Shown piece by piece: positions 12,048-24,800 of a stretch of DNA of 64,000 nt. The notes beneath the pieces are model-generated. The model ran no database searches. It was not told the origin of the DNA and was given only the letters and a program-made list of their open reading frames with translations. Source of the stretch: Eledone cirrhosa (lineage: Eukaryota); NCBI GenBank assembly GCA_964016885.1, contig OZ024740.1, positions 213,838,001 to 213,902,000 on the forward strand. The letters are read 5' to 3'. A program made the position numbers and the translations under genes. Each line of letters opens with the position of its first letter. The first letter of the stretch is position 1.

Positions 12048-12910
12048 TATCACGGCCATAGCTTTCATGAACACTTCACTAACCATATGGAGAAAAAATA
12101 TTAAATCTTTTTTTGTATACATGTGAAATATTTCACCAGGGTAGTCTTCTTTCTTTCTATTTTGTATGTGTGTATATGTGTGACATCCTAACAAGTATGC
12201 TCCACCTCCAAATAACTTTCTCTCCACCTCTTGGTCATACGTCCTTCTTTTGTTATTGTTATGTCTGATGTGAGCAATGGTGTTCACAGTCTGTGTAACT
12301 ATCCTCTAATTAGATCAGTGTGGGAATTATAACAAAAGGTACATAATATAGAAGTGTGAGAATAATATATGATGTAATGATATGTTTTGTCTTGTGGTTG
12401 TTAAGACTTGTATAGTGATGTTATCAGCAGGGGTTTAATGGGCAGATAAGTGTCCGGGGTGGGGGTGGGGTAGCTTTTCAGCCCTCCGGAATTTAATGGG
12501 CAGATTAGTGTTGGGGTTTAGTTTTTCAGCCCTCAGGAATTTAATGGACAGATTAGTGTCGGGGTTTAGTTTTTCACCCCTCCGCTGAGGAATTTAAGAG
12601 CATGTGAAATTCTGTATGCTTAATGACCCTCATAGGTTAATCTGCAAATGAATTTCAGAAGAAATTCCTAACAAAACAGCACAGATTAAGGGAGGGAATG
12701 AGAAAGGAGTCCTGTCTAATTATCATGTAGCCTTATAAACAGGAATATAGGGAATGTCATTTGACAACAAAGGATATAAACACTGTTGAGGACACCCCCT
12801 CCCCCATAGTGACAATCTGTTGTCACTATTATCACCACAAGTTCATTCTTCATTTCATGGATGTTTTCACTGTTAACTATTTGTGTATCTCTCACACTTG
12901 ATGTTCTGCT

Positions 12911-13900
12911 TCACTATTACCCTACTACAGATGTCATTATTACCCTACTACAGATGTCACTATTACCCTACTACAGATGTCACTGTTACCCTACTACAGA
13001 TGGCCCTATTACCCTACTACAGATGTCACTATTACCCTACTACAGATGTCACTGTTACCCTACTACAGATGTCACTATTACCCTACTACAGATGTCACTA
13101 TTACCCTACTACAGATGCCACTGTTACCCTATTACAGATGTCACTGTTACCCTATTACAGATGTCACTGTTACCCTACTACAGCTGTCACTATTACCCTA
13201 CTACAGATGTCACTGTTACCCTACTACAGCTGTCACTGTTACCCTACTACAGCTGTCACTGTTACCCTACTACAGCTGTCACTGTTACCCTACTACAGCT
13301 GTCACTATTACCCTACTACAGATGTCACTATTACCCTACTACAAATGTCACTATTACCCTACTACATATGTCACTATTACTCTATCACTGTTACCCTACT
13401 ACAGATGTCACTGTTACCCTACTACAGCTGTCACTGTTACCCTACTACAGCTGTCACTGTTACCCTACTACAGATGTCACTATTACACTACTACAGATGT
13501 CACTATTACCCTACTACAAATGTCACTATTACCCTACTACAAATGTCACTATTACCCTACTACATATGTCACTATTACTCTATCACTATTACTCTACTAC
13601 AGATGTCACTGTTACCCTACTACAGATGTCACTGTTACCCTACTACAGCTGTCACTGTTACCCTACTACAGCTGTCACTGTTACCCTACTACAGCTGTCA
13701 CTGTTACCCTACTACAGCTGTCACTATTACCCTACTACAGATGTCACTATTACCCTACTACAAATGTCACTATTACCCTACTACATATGTCACTATTACT
13801 CTATCACTATTACTCTACTACAGATGTCACTGTTATCCTACTACAGATGTCACTGTTATCCTACTACAGATGTCACTATTACTCTACTACAGATGTCACT
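12911..13900. repeat. 23-bp minisatellite, about 43 copies
   Basis: gtcact(a/g)ttaccctactacagat. Confidence 0.95.
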
Positions 13901-13959
13901 TCACTCTTTATATACACATTACTTGTATTGAGTACATATTAACTTCTTACTGACTGTCT

Positions 13960-14640
13960 TATGTATCAGCAAGTCCATTACTTGAATTTTATACTTATCT
14001 TACCAACAACTTCAGTCTTTGAACTGACTATGTTTCCAAGTTTGGAACTTTATCTGCAATACTTCAATAGATTCTGCTATTAGTGCAGGTCATCAGCATA
14101 TATAAGCTCTGAGGAACTACCAATTCTGAACTGGTTTTGTAATCTTAAGAGCTACATAGTAAATAAATGGTGGCTGAGAGTAGAGCCCTGGTGGACATCT
14201 ACTTGTATGTTTTAATTATTTACTAAATTTGTTGTCAACCTTAATCCTGCTAACATAAACTTTATCCACATCAAGTTTCCTTAGCATCTACCAAACTATT
14301 GAATGAAACTTTCTGTCCAAGTCCTTCTCTAGTTTAACAAATATAAAGAGGGGTGTTGTGTTCTGAGCTAAGAACGTCCATTAAGGTTGTCTCACTAGAA
14401 TATCAAATATAAATTTGAATGCTGTCTTATCTAACATGAACAAACTTTGCTAAACATCTCCAGTTCCTTTCAAAAGTTGGTTTATCAATTTACAATTTAA
14501 AGAAGCCTTTATACCAAACCTATTGTCAGCAAGTTGTGTTCCTTTTTCCTAAGACACGTTAGACATTACTAAGGTTTGACCATGTATTTAGTTGTCCAGC
14601 AAGTTAACCTTATAGCCATGGTGTCTTTCTTCCTATTTAA
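13960..14640 (-). pseudogene. Highly decayed RTE-clade reverse transcriptase fragment
   Basis: Minus-strand translation gives IFVKLEK (cf. FVDLEKAFD), VDVHQGSTLS (cf. GVHQGSALSP) and ELIYADDL in the right order. No intact ORF. Boundaries approximate. Confidence 0.7.
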
Positions 14641-14711
14641 TTTGTGAAACAATCTCAGATCTTATAATGTATGTAACTGAGAGGTCGGACTTTGAAGTGC
14701 TGAGAATATAG

Positions 14712-14972
14712 AATCAATAAAAAGTATGATGTACTCATGCAGAGAGATGTTATAAAATAGCTTATAAAATATGGTGAAGACCCTTAAAAGACAGAAAAAG
14801 AAGTTGCCATCGGCTGCACTGAGGAATTGAACCTCATATCCCCCAGATGCTTGCTATGAGGTTCAATTCCTCTTTTTCAACTTCTTTTTCCATCTTTTAA
14901 GGGTCTTCATCCTATTTTATAAGATATTTTATCGTATCTCTGTGCATGAGCACACCATCTTTTATATTAACT
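14712..14972. repeat. ~260-bp imperfect palindrome / foldback MITE-like element
   Basis: Outer arm ...gaagacccttaaaagacagaaaaagaagttg pairs with caacttctttttccatcttttaagggtcttc.... Inner arm gaggaattgaacctcata pairs with tatgaggttcaattcctc. Confidence 0.8.
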
Positions 14973-15557
14973 AAGATTTTATATTTTTCATTCTCAAATT
15001 TTGCAAAATATCTATTTTTCTTGAGAAAATTTCTGAAGCTTAATATCTGGTGTGCAGAATAAGAATTGTCTTATACTTACATAGTTCTTTGAAAGACTCT
15101 AAAGCTAGTGATATGTTGTCGTTGTTTTGCTCCATGTCAGTCCTGATTGAGTAGACCTTTCATGAAAAGCATGTTTATTTTTATGTCTAGGATCATATTA
15201 TCTAATGTCTTTTCTTTTATTAAGATGTTAGAATGGGATTTGAGTTGAGATTTGACTGCTATTTCTAGCAAGTTGAATGACCATGTAGTTTGAGTGATAC
15301 AACAAACAATCTTTCTTACATAACCTGGTTGTATCTAGTTTTCCACATTTATACATAAATATTTTGTCAGAATAGTGTAAGTTACCAATTGTAAAAAAAA
15401 AAAAAAAAAAAAAATTTAAATATTGCTTGTCATTGCAACTCCATTTCCTTTCCTTTGAAAAAGGGATTGTAACGCCGAAATATGAGATATAAGGTAAAGG
15501 TTTAAACTATTGTTTTGTTTTGTTTTTCTTATTATATTCTAATCTAAACAATCCTCA

Positions 15558-16625
15558 CCATCATCATCATCATCAACGTTTAACGTCCGTGTTCCACGCT
15601 TGCATGGGTTTGGACGGGGGTAGTCCCACTTGAGGCAAGAGTGATTGTCTTGCTCGCATAGGACTGTCTGGCAGGTTTTCTACAGTTGGATGCCCTTCCT
15701 AACACCAACCACATTTACAGTGTGGGTCTGGGAGGTTTTTACCGTGTTGCCTACACGGCCACATTACAGCGTGGACTGTGTGTTTTTTTGTCGTGACACC
15801 TACACGATCTCATTTGTTTCGGCCTATGGCGCGGCACCAACATAACTTTACATAGAACGGGGTGGTGTGGATGGGGTGGGGGTGGTGGTGGTGGGACGGG
15901 GTGTATTTTGTTAGAGATGCCTACTGGTTGGAGTAGGTTTTACTATATATTTAGGTAAGGCGGGTCTTCTCTGTTACTGAGTACCGCCAAAGGTCTCGGT
16001 CCAGTGACATTGTCTTGGAGAGGTGTAAGTGTGTGATGTCGGAGTTTATCAGCTCGTCCCAGGTTTTTCTAGGTCTGCCTATTCCGTGACTACCGTCTAT
16101 CTTTATTGCCCTGCACTTTGTTATACAGCTATCGACTTTCATGCGCATCACGTGTCCATACCAACGTAGCCTTCTCTCGAGTAAACAACATCTGATCCCT
16201 CTTATCTCTAATTTTTTTCCTTAGTTCGTTTATGCTTTGCCGTTCACGTATATTACTGTTACACATCCAGCGGAGCATGCAAGCTTCGTTCCTCTCTAGT
16301 CTGCGTATATCCTCTGCACACAATGCCCAGGTCTCACTGCCATGCAGCATTGCTGTTCGTATGCAGGCATCGTACAACCTGCCTTTCATTTTTAGGGAGA
16401 ACCCTTTAGCAGCTAATAGTGGTATAAGCTCTCTGAACTTTTTCCAACCAGTTCTGACTCTAGCTACAGTACTTTCAGAGCACCCTCCCCCACTGCTGAT
16501 TTTATCGCCCAGGTAACGGAAGCTGTCCACTATTTCTATAGAACCCTCTGCGCAATTGAAAGAGCTAGTATTTTGTGGGCACTTGCTGCTACTTATTGCA
16601 CCAGAACACCGGCCACATGTAAAAT
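15558..16625 (-). mobile_element. 5'-truncated RTE-clade LINE (ORF C-terminus, 3' UTR, (tga)n tail)
   Basis: DSFRYLGDKISSGGGCSESTVARVRTGWKKFRELIPLL...LYDACIRTAMLHGSETW...MLRWMC, then after a frameshift near 16210 ...GRPRKTWDELINSD. The tail is shared with SINE family A. Confidence 0.9.
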
Positions 16626-16726
16626 CTATGTATATTTTACAATGTTACAATTTTAAACTAAACTGCTTTAAAAAGAATTCCTTTTTTCTATTTCTGATTT
16701 TTTTAAATTTCATTTTATTTCTACAG

Positions 16727-16860
16727 CGGAATTTGCTGCACATGCACAGACAATAAATTGTCTTGCATTAGGGCACAAATCATCGGTATTGGTTACTGGT
16801 GGTGAGGACAGAAAAATCAACCTATGGACACTTTGCAAAGATGGGTACACAGCTATCATG
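16727..16860 (+). CDS. KATNB1: Katanin p80 WD40 subunit B1, first securely identified coding exon (phase 1 start)
   Basis: Acceptor ttttatttctacAG, donor ATG|GTAGGT. Reads xEFAAHAQTINCLALGHKSSVLVTGGEDRKINLWTLCKDGYTAIM, matching my recollection of human KATNB1 [43 protein letters not shown]. Confidence 0.93.
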
Positions 16861-17070
16861 GTAGGTATCTAATTTACTTGCTTAACTCTTGATATACTCA
16901 ACACATCACTATCACTGCATCTCATTAAAGAAGAAATGAAAGTCTTTCCTCTAATATTGACGGTGTGTGGCCTTGTGGTTAGTATATTGGACTCACAATT
17001 GTAATAATGGGTTTGAGATGCTTTATTTCATGTAGCTTTTCATAATAGGGCAGGGCTCCCATATCATTAA

Positions 17071-17254
17071 CCCTTTAGCATTTACATTCCTCTATAAATA
17101 CTATTGTATTTTCATGATATCGGATCTATGAGATTTTGATATTTCTTTTGAGAACAATACCTTAACATCAGTATGAGTGGCCAGTTACGACTGGTTTGAA
17201 CGGACACAGGTGAGAGAATTCTGGCCGGATACTGTCGGTTTAAATGCTAAAGAG
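17071..17254 (+). mobile_element. piggyBac-type MITE
   Basis: TTAA|CCCTTTAGCATTT...AAATGCTAAAGAG|TTAA: terminal inverted repeats and TTAA target duplication. Confidence 0.75.
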
Positions 17255-17826
17255 TTAAAACACTCAAGAAACACCATATAAGATGAAAACCTTGTAGGTC
17301 AGCTAAACTTTCATAGGTATGAGCTAATGATTTCATTTTTATTTCATTTTACTTTAAAACTGCAAATATTTACAGTGAACTGTCCCCTACTAAATATACT
17401 ATAAACATTTGAATTAACTTGTCTTTAGATATTTTCTACTGAATTGTTACAGAATGTTGGTTTATATTCAGGGGTCAATATTTTGACAATTTTTTCATCA
17501 ACTTCAAATTTTACATAAATAAGGTTTGAATATTTGCCCATTTTTCAGACATAAAATAGTGGGGTCAGTTTATATTTGTATTGGTTTATATTTGAGGACC
17601 TTTCACTTTCTATAAAAAAACACAACAACTTATCCTCTGTACTCGATATGATCGACTCCTCAGCCTGTCTGGGAGGTCAGTACTGACTTGCTCTATGTCG
17701 AGTGGATGTTAAATGATGATGATGATGATGATGATGATATGGTAATAACTGAACTAAATATGTAAACTTCTTAAAGGGCAACCTTCTTTTCTTCTCTAAT
17801 CCCTTTTTGTGTATTTTGTTCTCTAG

Positions 17827-17944
17827 AGCTTATTTGGTCATGTCTCTCCCATTGAAGCTGTACGGTTTGACCACTCTGAAGAAAAGGTAGCTACAGGAAC
17901 GCGATCTGGAACATTTAAAGTATGGGATCTAGAGACGCTGAAAG
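17827..17944 (+). CDS. KATNB1: KATNB1 coding exon (118 nt)
   Basis: ttgttctctAG|...G|GTAAAG. SLFGHVSPIEAVRFDHSEEKVATGTRSGTFKVWDLETLK, a GH..WD repeat. Phases fit both neighbours. Confidence 0.94.
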
Positions 17945-17983
17945 GTAAAGTTTTATATTGATTTATAGACAATACAACATAGT

Positions 17984-18100
17984 GTGTGGCTCAGTGGTTA
18001 GAGTATTGGACTTACAATGGCGAGGCTGTGAGTTCAATTCCAGGACTGGGCAGTGTGTTGTGGCTTTATGCAAGACACTCTATTTCATGTTGCTCCAGTT
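17984..18100 (+). mobile_element. SINE family A head fragment
   Basis: gtgtggctcagtggttagag...gagttcaattcc...gcaagacact. Similar heads at about 16960-17035 and 32425-32550. Confidence 0.65.
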
Positions 18101-18310
18101 TAATGATTTACTATATAATGATACACTAATGATATATCATATAATATATCATATAATGATACACTATATAATGATATATCATATAATGATACACTATATA
18201 ATGATATACTAATGATACACTATATAATGATATACTAATGGTACACTATATAATGATATACTAATGATACACTATATAATGATATACTAATGATGTACTA
18301 TATAATGATA

Positions 18311-18365
18311 CTAGCTGGCCTGTCCGGCTGGCGCCCGGCTACCATTGGCGTGTTCTACGGCATCC

Positions 18366-18425
<60 letters not shown>

Positions 18426-19883
18426 CCGATGTACCTAGCTTCACTTGGATAAACAGACGATTAGCCGTCTGTGTAGTATAGTATTACTGTTGAAAATATA
18501 TAGTATAGTATAGTATAGTATTACTGTTGAAAATATATAGTATAGTATTACTGTTGAAAATATATAGTATGGTATTACTGTTGAAAATATATAGTATAGT
18601 ATAGTATTACTGTTGAAAATATATAGTACAGTATTACTGTTGAAAATATATAGTATAGTATAGTATTACTGTTGAAAATATATAGTACAGTATTACTGTT
18701 GAAAATATATAGTATAGTATTACTGTTGAAAATATATAGTATAGTATTACTCTTGAAAATATGTAGCATAGTACAGTATTACTGTTGAAAATATATAGTA
18801 CAGTATTACTGTTGAAAATATGTACACGAATATATAATTATATATATATATAATTAATTAAAAGTTGGTTAGAAACGAAGTCAATGCAGACAGGCAGACA
18901 TACAGACATATTATAAGCGTGCGACATTATAGCTATGTATCTATCTAAAAAGACAGAGTAAGAAAGAGAGAGGAATGTCGTATATATGTTAAATATAATA
19001 AAGTACCAGTAATGTACTGGGATAATTGCTGGCCTTGTGCCAAAAGTAGAATCAATTATACTTCTTTTTTATAAAACTGTAAATAACATGTTTATGTATG
19101 TATATATACGTATAAAGGAATGCTGTAATAAAATGTACAAATTAAACTCTCTTATTTATGATACTAACATTATATATATATATATATATGATAAAACATG
19201 TCTATAGAATCACCAGATAAAATATATACCGTTTCCTCTCTCAATTAGCATAATTAACCATATAAAAAATCAATTGGACCAAGCTATAAGAATAAAGGCT
19301 CCTATGAAGAAATCTCCGACAAATAACCGAAAGCAGCCCCTTCGCGGCGGTTATGACGGATCATTTATCGAATATTTCGACAGCATGTATGAATCGACCA
19401 GATATACAGTCAACTAAACAGAATTAGGTGTAAAATAAACTAGAAGAAAAGTGTACATATTTAATTACCTCTACCATGGTTTCATCCGCATTTTAAGATA
19501 TCCGATAACATTGGAAATCTAGAGCTTCGGATTCTTCAGGAAGTTAGCTCAAATTTAGACAAATAATTTTCCAAAGTGATCGCGCCAAGGATACATTCAA
19601 AAATGGCTAAGAATTGTGACGTGGCAGCGGTCAAGTTAGAAAGGATGTGATTAGTTGCTTACAGCTGGTAGGCTTTTTGCTAGAAAGCGCAGCCCAATAC
19701 AGCCAAAATTGTATCTCAACCTAACGGGAGATTATTACATATAAAGGTTTACATATATATATATAAAGTCATAAATATGTGTGTGTTTTGCAACGGGTCA
19801 CTTTGTGGCTCAATGAAGAATTAATAAATTAAATAATCAGAGCTATATATCATGTCTGGCTGTCTGCATTATGAAAACCATTA

Positions 19884-19915
<32 letters not shown>

Positions 19916-20219
19916 GAGAGATAGCAAAGTCAATGGTTTTCATAATGCAGACAGCCAGACATACAGAGACATATATAAGGGCGCAATGTTATAGCTATGT
20001 ATCTATCTAAAAAGACAGACTAAGAAAGAGAGAGCAATATCGTTGAAAATTTTAAACAAGTGAATATTTAAATAATATCTTTAATCTTTTAACAAAATTT
20101 AGTAGACAAAAATACCCCCACTTTCTTACTTGGTAAAAGTTACGTCTATGGTGCAAATTTGGTGCCGTTTGGTGAAAAGTTTGTTACACACATACGGCCG
20201 TCAGCTTTATTAGTATAGA
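18311..20219 (-). mobile_element. Non-autonomous Helitron (1.9 kb)
   Basis: Minus strand reads A|TCTATACTAATAAAG...CCGGGCGCCAGCCGGACAGGCCAGCTAG|T: 5' TC, subterminal GC hairpin, 3' CTAG, A-T target, no TSD. Removing it restores the host repeat tataatgata|tactaa. Confidence 0.8.
18476..18822. repeat. 27/32-bp minisatellite inside the Helitron
   Basis: agtattactgttgaaaatatat(agtat)n, about 12 copies. Confidence 0.9.
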
Positions 20220-20603
20220 TACTAACGATGTACTATATAATGATATACTAATGATATACTATATAATGATACACAATATAACGATATACTATATAATGAT
20301 ACACTATATAATGATATACTAATTATACACTATATAATGATTTACTAATGATACACTATATAATGATTTACTAATGATATACGATATAATGATATTCTAT
20401 ATAATGATATACTAATGATACACTATATAATGATATACTAATGATGTACTATATAATGATATACTAATGATGTACTATATAATGATACACTATATAATGA
20501 TACACTATATAATGATATACTATATGATATTAAATCTTCTGTGTCTAATCACATCATCACATATTAAAATGTCTCTTCATTGTGAACTTATTAATATTTC
20601 CAG

Positions 20604-20704
20604 TTCAAAAAACATTTTATGGACACAGATCTGGAATTAAAAGTATTGCTTTCCACCCGACTGGAGACTTTATTGCATCAGCCTCTACAGATTCTAGTAT
20701 AAAA
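20604..20704 (+). CDS. KATNB1: KATNB1 coding exon (101 nt)
   Basis: tttccAG|...AAA|GTAAGT. (V)QKTFYGHRSGIKSIAFHPTGDFIASASTDSSIK. Confidence 0.94.
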
Positions 20705-21890
20705 GTAAGTTGTCTAATATTATTTTCTGGTTTTAAAGAGGTTTCTTAACTCCTCTAAAATAAACTGCACTCTGAAGTTGATAGCTCTGCTATAAACCAA
20801 GAGTTCTCAACCTTTTTTCCATCAACAACCCTGTTTGTTTATGTGAATTTTCGCACAGACTTCCAGCTATTGAAAGGTTTGTCTATTCAACAAGCTCATG
20901 GTCACTTAGGAGCCTACAGATCACAGGTTGGTCACTCAGAGGCCTAAAGACCAAAGGTTAGTCACTCCTGGTAGAAGTCAAAATGTTTTAGAAATAAACC
21001 ATGTTTTTATTAAAATATTTCTTTGCTGCTTCACTTATTCATCTGTGCTTGTTTAGGTATTGAGTTTCTGTGTGTGAGAGAAAGAGAGAGATAGACAAAC
21101 AGAGAGAGAGAGAGATAGACAAACAAACAGATTGAGAGAGAGACAAACAGACAGAGGCAGAGAACTAGAGAGAGAGGTTTCCTAGCTAGCCATTATGACT
21201 CAACATGAATAGTTTCAAATTCACATAAGCATGTCAGGGGTGGAAACTAGATCATTGCCTAAGACTGGAAATCACTGGTATGGGGTAAGTGAAGTGAACT
21301 AAACTGGCTTAGCTGGAAATTGAAGCTGGAACTTACTGACATTTATCGCCAACTCTCTCACAATGTCATTAAAATAGGTTCTTTTTAATTTTGAACTGGC
21401 CATAACTGACCCCTCATACTGATGTTAAGGTATTGTTCTCAAAATAAATAATATCAAAATCTCAGATTCGATATTGTGTGAGATAAATCCTTTACTGTGA
21501 AAATACAATAGTAAATATAGAGTAATGTAAATGTTAAAGAGTTACAATAGTAAATATAGAGTAATGTAAATAGTAAAGGGTTACTATAGTATATATAGAG
21601 TAATGTAAATGGTAAAGGGTTAAACTAGTTTTTCTCTGTTTAATGTTGTATTTTAGATATGTAATAATTTCTGGTTTAAATATTTTAACTTTATGAAATT
21701 GTGTAAATCTGAATTCTAAAACAATTATTTATATTTGGGGATTATTTTTTATGTTTTTTTTATACATCATTTGTATTTTTGTTGTAGGAAAGGCATTACA
21801 TAACTAATAGCCATTATTACATCACATAGTAGTCCTGTTTAATGTTACATTGTTTTTATAATAACAAATGATGTTAATATTAAATGATAG

Positions 21891-24800
21891 CAGTAACAAG
21901 CTAGAGACGGGTATATTAAATAATTTAAATATTTACTGTCATTCCTCTACAGTAACAAGCTAGAGACATGGTTGGGTATTATATTAAATAATTTAAATAT
22001 TTACTGTCATTCCTCTACAGTAACAAGCTAGAGACATGGGTATTATATTAAATACCTTTATATATTTACTGTTATTCCTCTACAGTAACAAGCTAGAGAC
22101 ATGGTTGGGTATTATATTAAATACCTTTAAATATTTCCTATCATTCCTCTACAGTAACAAGCTAGAGACATGGGTATTATATTAAATACCTTTATATATT
22201 TACTGTCATTCCTCTACAGTAACAAGCTAGAGACATGGTTGGGTATTATATTAAATACCTTTAAATATTTACTGTTATTCCTCTACAGTAACAAGCTAGA
22301 GACATGGGTATTATATTAAATACCTTTATATATTTACTGTTATTCCTCTACAGTAACAAGCTAGAGACATGGGTATTATATTAAATACCTTTAAATATTT
22401 ACTGTCATTCCTCTACAGTAACAAGCTAGAGACATGGGTATTATATTAAATACCTTTATATATTTACTGTTATTCCTCTACAGTAACAAGCTAGAGACAT
22501 GGGTATTATATTAAATACCTTTATATATTTACTGTTATTCCTCTACAGTAACAAGCTAGAGACATGGGTATTATATTAAATACCTTTATATATTTACTGT
22601 CATTCCTCTACAGTAACAAGCTAGAGACATGGGTATTATATTAAATACCTTTATATATTTACTGTTATTCCTCTACAGTAACAAGCTAGAGACATGGGTA
22701 TTATATTAAATACCTTTATATATTTACTGTTATTCCTCTACAGTAACAAGCTAGAGACATGGTTGGGTATTATATTAAATACCTTTATATATTTACTGTT
22801 ATTCCTCTACAGTAACAAGCTAGAGACATGGGTATTATATTAAATACCTTTATATATTTACTGTTATTCCTCTACAGTAACAAGCTAGAGACATGGGTAT
22901 TATATTAAATACCTTTATATATTTACTGTTATTCCTCTACAGTAACAAGCTAGAGACATGGTTGGGTATTATATTAAATACCTTTAAATATTTACTGTTA
23001 TTCCTCTACAGTAACAAGCTAGAGACATGGGTATTATATTAAATACCTTTATATATTTACTGTCATTCCTCTACAGTAACAAGCTAGAGACATGGTTGGG
23101 TATTATATTAAATAATTTAATTATTTACTGTCATTCCTCTACAGTAACAAGCTAGAGACATGGGTATTATATTAAATACCTTTATATATTTACTGTTATT
23201 CCTCTACAGTAACAAGCTAGAGACATGGTTGGGTATTATATTAAATACCTTTATATATTTACTGTCATTCCTCTACAGTAACAAGCTAGAGACATGGTTG
23301 GGTATTATATTAAATACCTTTAAATATTTACTGTCATTCCTCTACAGTAACAAGCTAGAGACATGGGTATTATATTAAATACCTTTATATATTTACTGTT
23401 ATTCCTCTGCAGTAACAAGCTAGAGACATGGGTATTATATTAAATACCTTTATATATTTACTGTTATTCCTCTACAGTAACAAGCTAGAGACATGGGTAT
23501 TATATTAAATACCTTTAAATATTTACTGTTATTCCTCTACAGTAACAAGCTAGAGACATGGATATTATATTAAATACCTTTATATATTTACTGTTATTCC
23601 TCTACAGTAACAAGCTAGAGACATGGGTATTATATTAAATACCTTTATATATTTACTGTTATTCCTCTACAGTAACAAGCTAGAGACATGGTTGGGTATT
23701 ATATTAAATACCTTTAAATATTTACTATCATTCCTCTACAGTAACAAGCTAGAGACATGGGTATTATATTAAATACCTTTATATATTTACTGTCATTCCT
23801 CTACAGTAACAAGCTAGAGACATGGGTATTATATTAAATACCTTTATATATTTACTGTTATTCCTCTACAGTAACAAGCTAGAGACATGGTTGGGTATTA
23901 TATTAAATACCTTTAAATATTTACTGTTATTCCTCTACAGTAACAAGCTAGAGACATGGGTATTATATTAAATACCTTTATATATTTACTGTTATTCCTC
24001 TACAGTAACAAGCTAGAGACATGGGTATTATATTAAATACCTTTATATATTTACTGTTATTCCTCTACAGTAACAAGCTAGAGACATGGGTATTATATTA
24101 AATACCTTTATATATTTACTGTTATTCCTCTACAGTAACAAGCTAGAGACATGGTTGGGTATTATATTAAATACCTTTAAATATTTACTATCATTCCTCT
24201 ACAGTAACAAGCTAGAGACATGGGTATTATATTAAATACCTTTATATATTTACTGTCATTCCTCTACAGTAACAAGCTAGAGACATGGGTATTATATTAA
24301 ATACCTTTATATATTTACTGTTATTCCTCTACAGTAACAAGCTAGAGACATGGTTGGGTATTATATTAAATACCTTTAAATATTTACTGTCATTCCTCTA
24401 CAGTAACAAGCTAGAGACATGGTTGGGTAATATATTAAATACCTTTAAATATTTACTGTTATTCCTCTACAGTAACAAGCTAGAGACATGGGTATTATAT
24501 TAAATACCTTTATATATTTACTGTTATTCCTCTACAGTAACAAGCTAGAGACATGGTTGGGTATTATATTAAATACCTTTATATATTTACTGTTATTCCT
24601 CTACAGTAACAAGCTAGAGACATGGGTATTATATTAAATACCTTTATATATTTACTGTTATTCCTCTACAGTAACAAGCTAGAGACATGGGTATTATATT
24701 AAATACCTTTATATATTTACTCTCATTCCTCTACAGTAACAAGCTAGAGACATGGGTATTATATTAAATACCTTTATATATTTACTGTTATTCCTCTACA

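Larger units (their letters stand above)
18105..20530. repeat. AT-rich (tatataatgatacac / tactaatga) minisatellite split by a Helitron
   Basis: The array occupies 18105-18310 and 20220-20530. Confidence 0.85.

Noticed and set aside
12861-13953. Three overlapping 321-356 aa ORFs
   Set aside because: All three frames of a 23-bp minisatellite.
15371-15376. Possible 6-nt microexon cag|AATAGT|gtaagt
   Set aside because: Weak pyrimidine tract, no supporting homology, and it would contain a stop in the frame needed by the next exon.
20798-20970. hAT-like MITE (caagagttctcaacc...ggttagtcactcctg)
   Set aside because: The TIRs are too degenerate and no 8-bp TSD could be confirmed.
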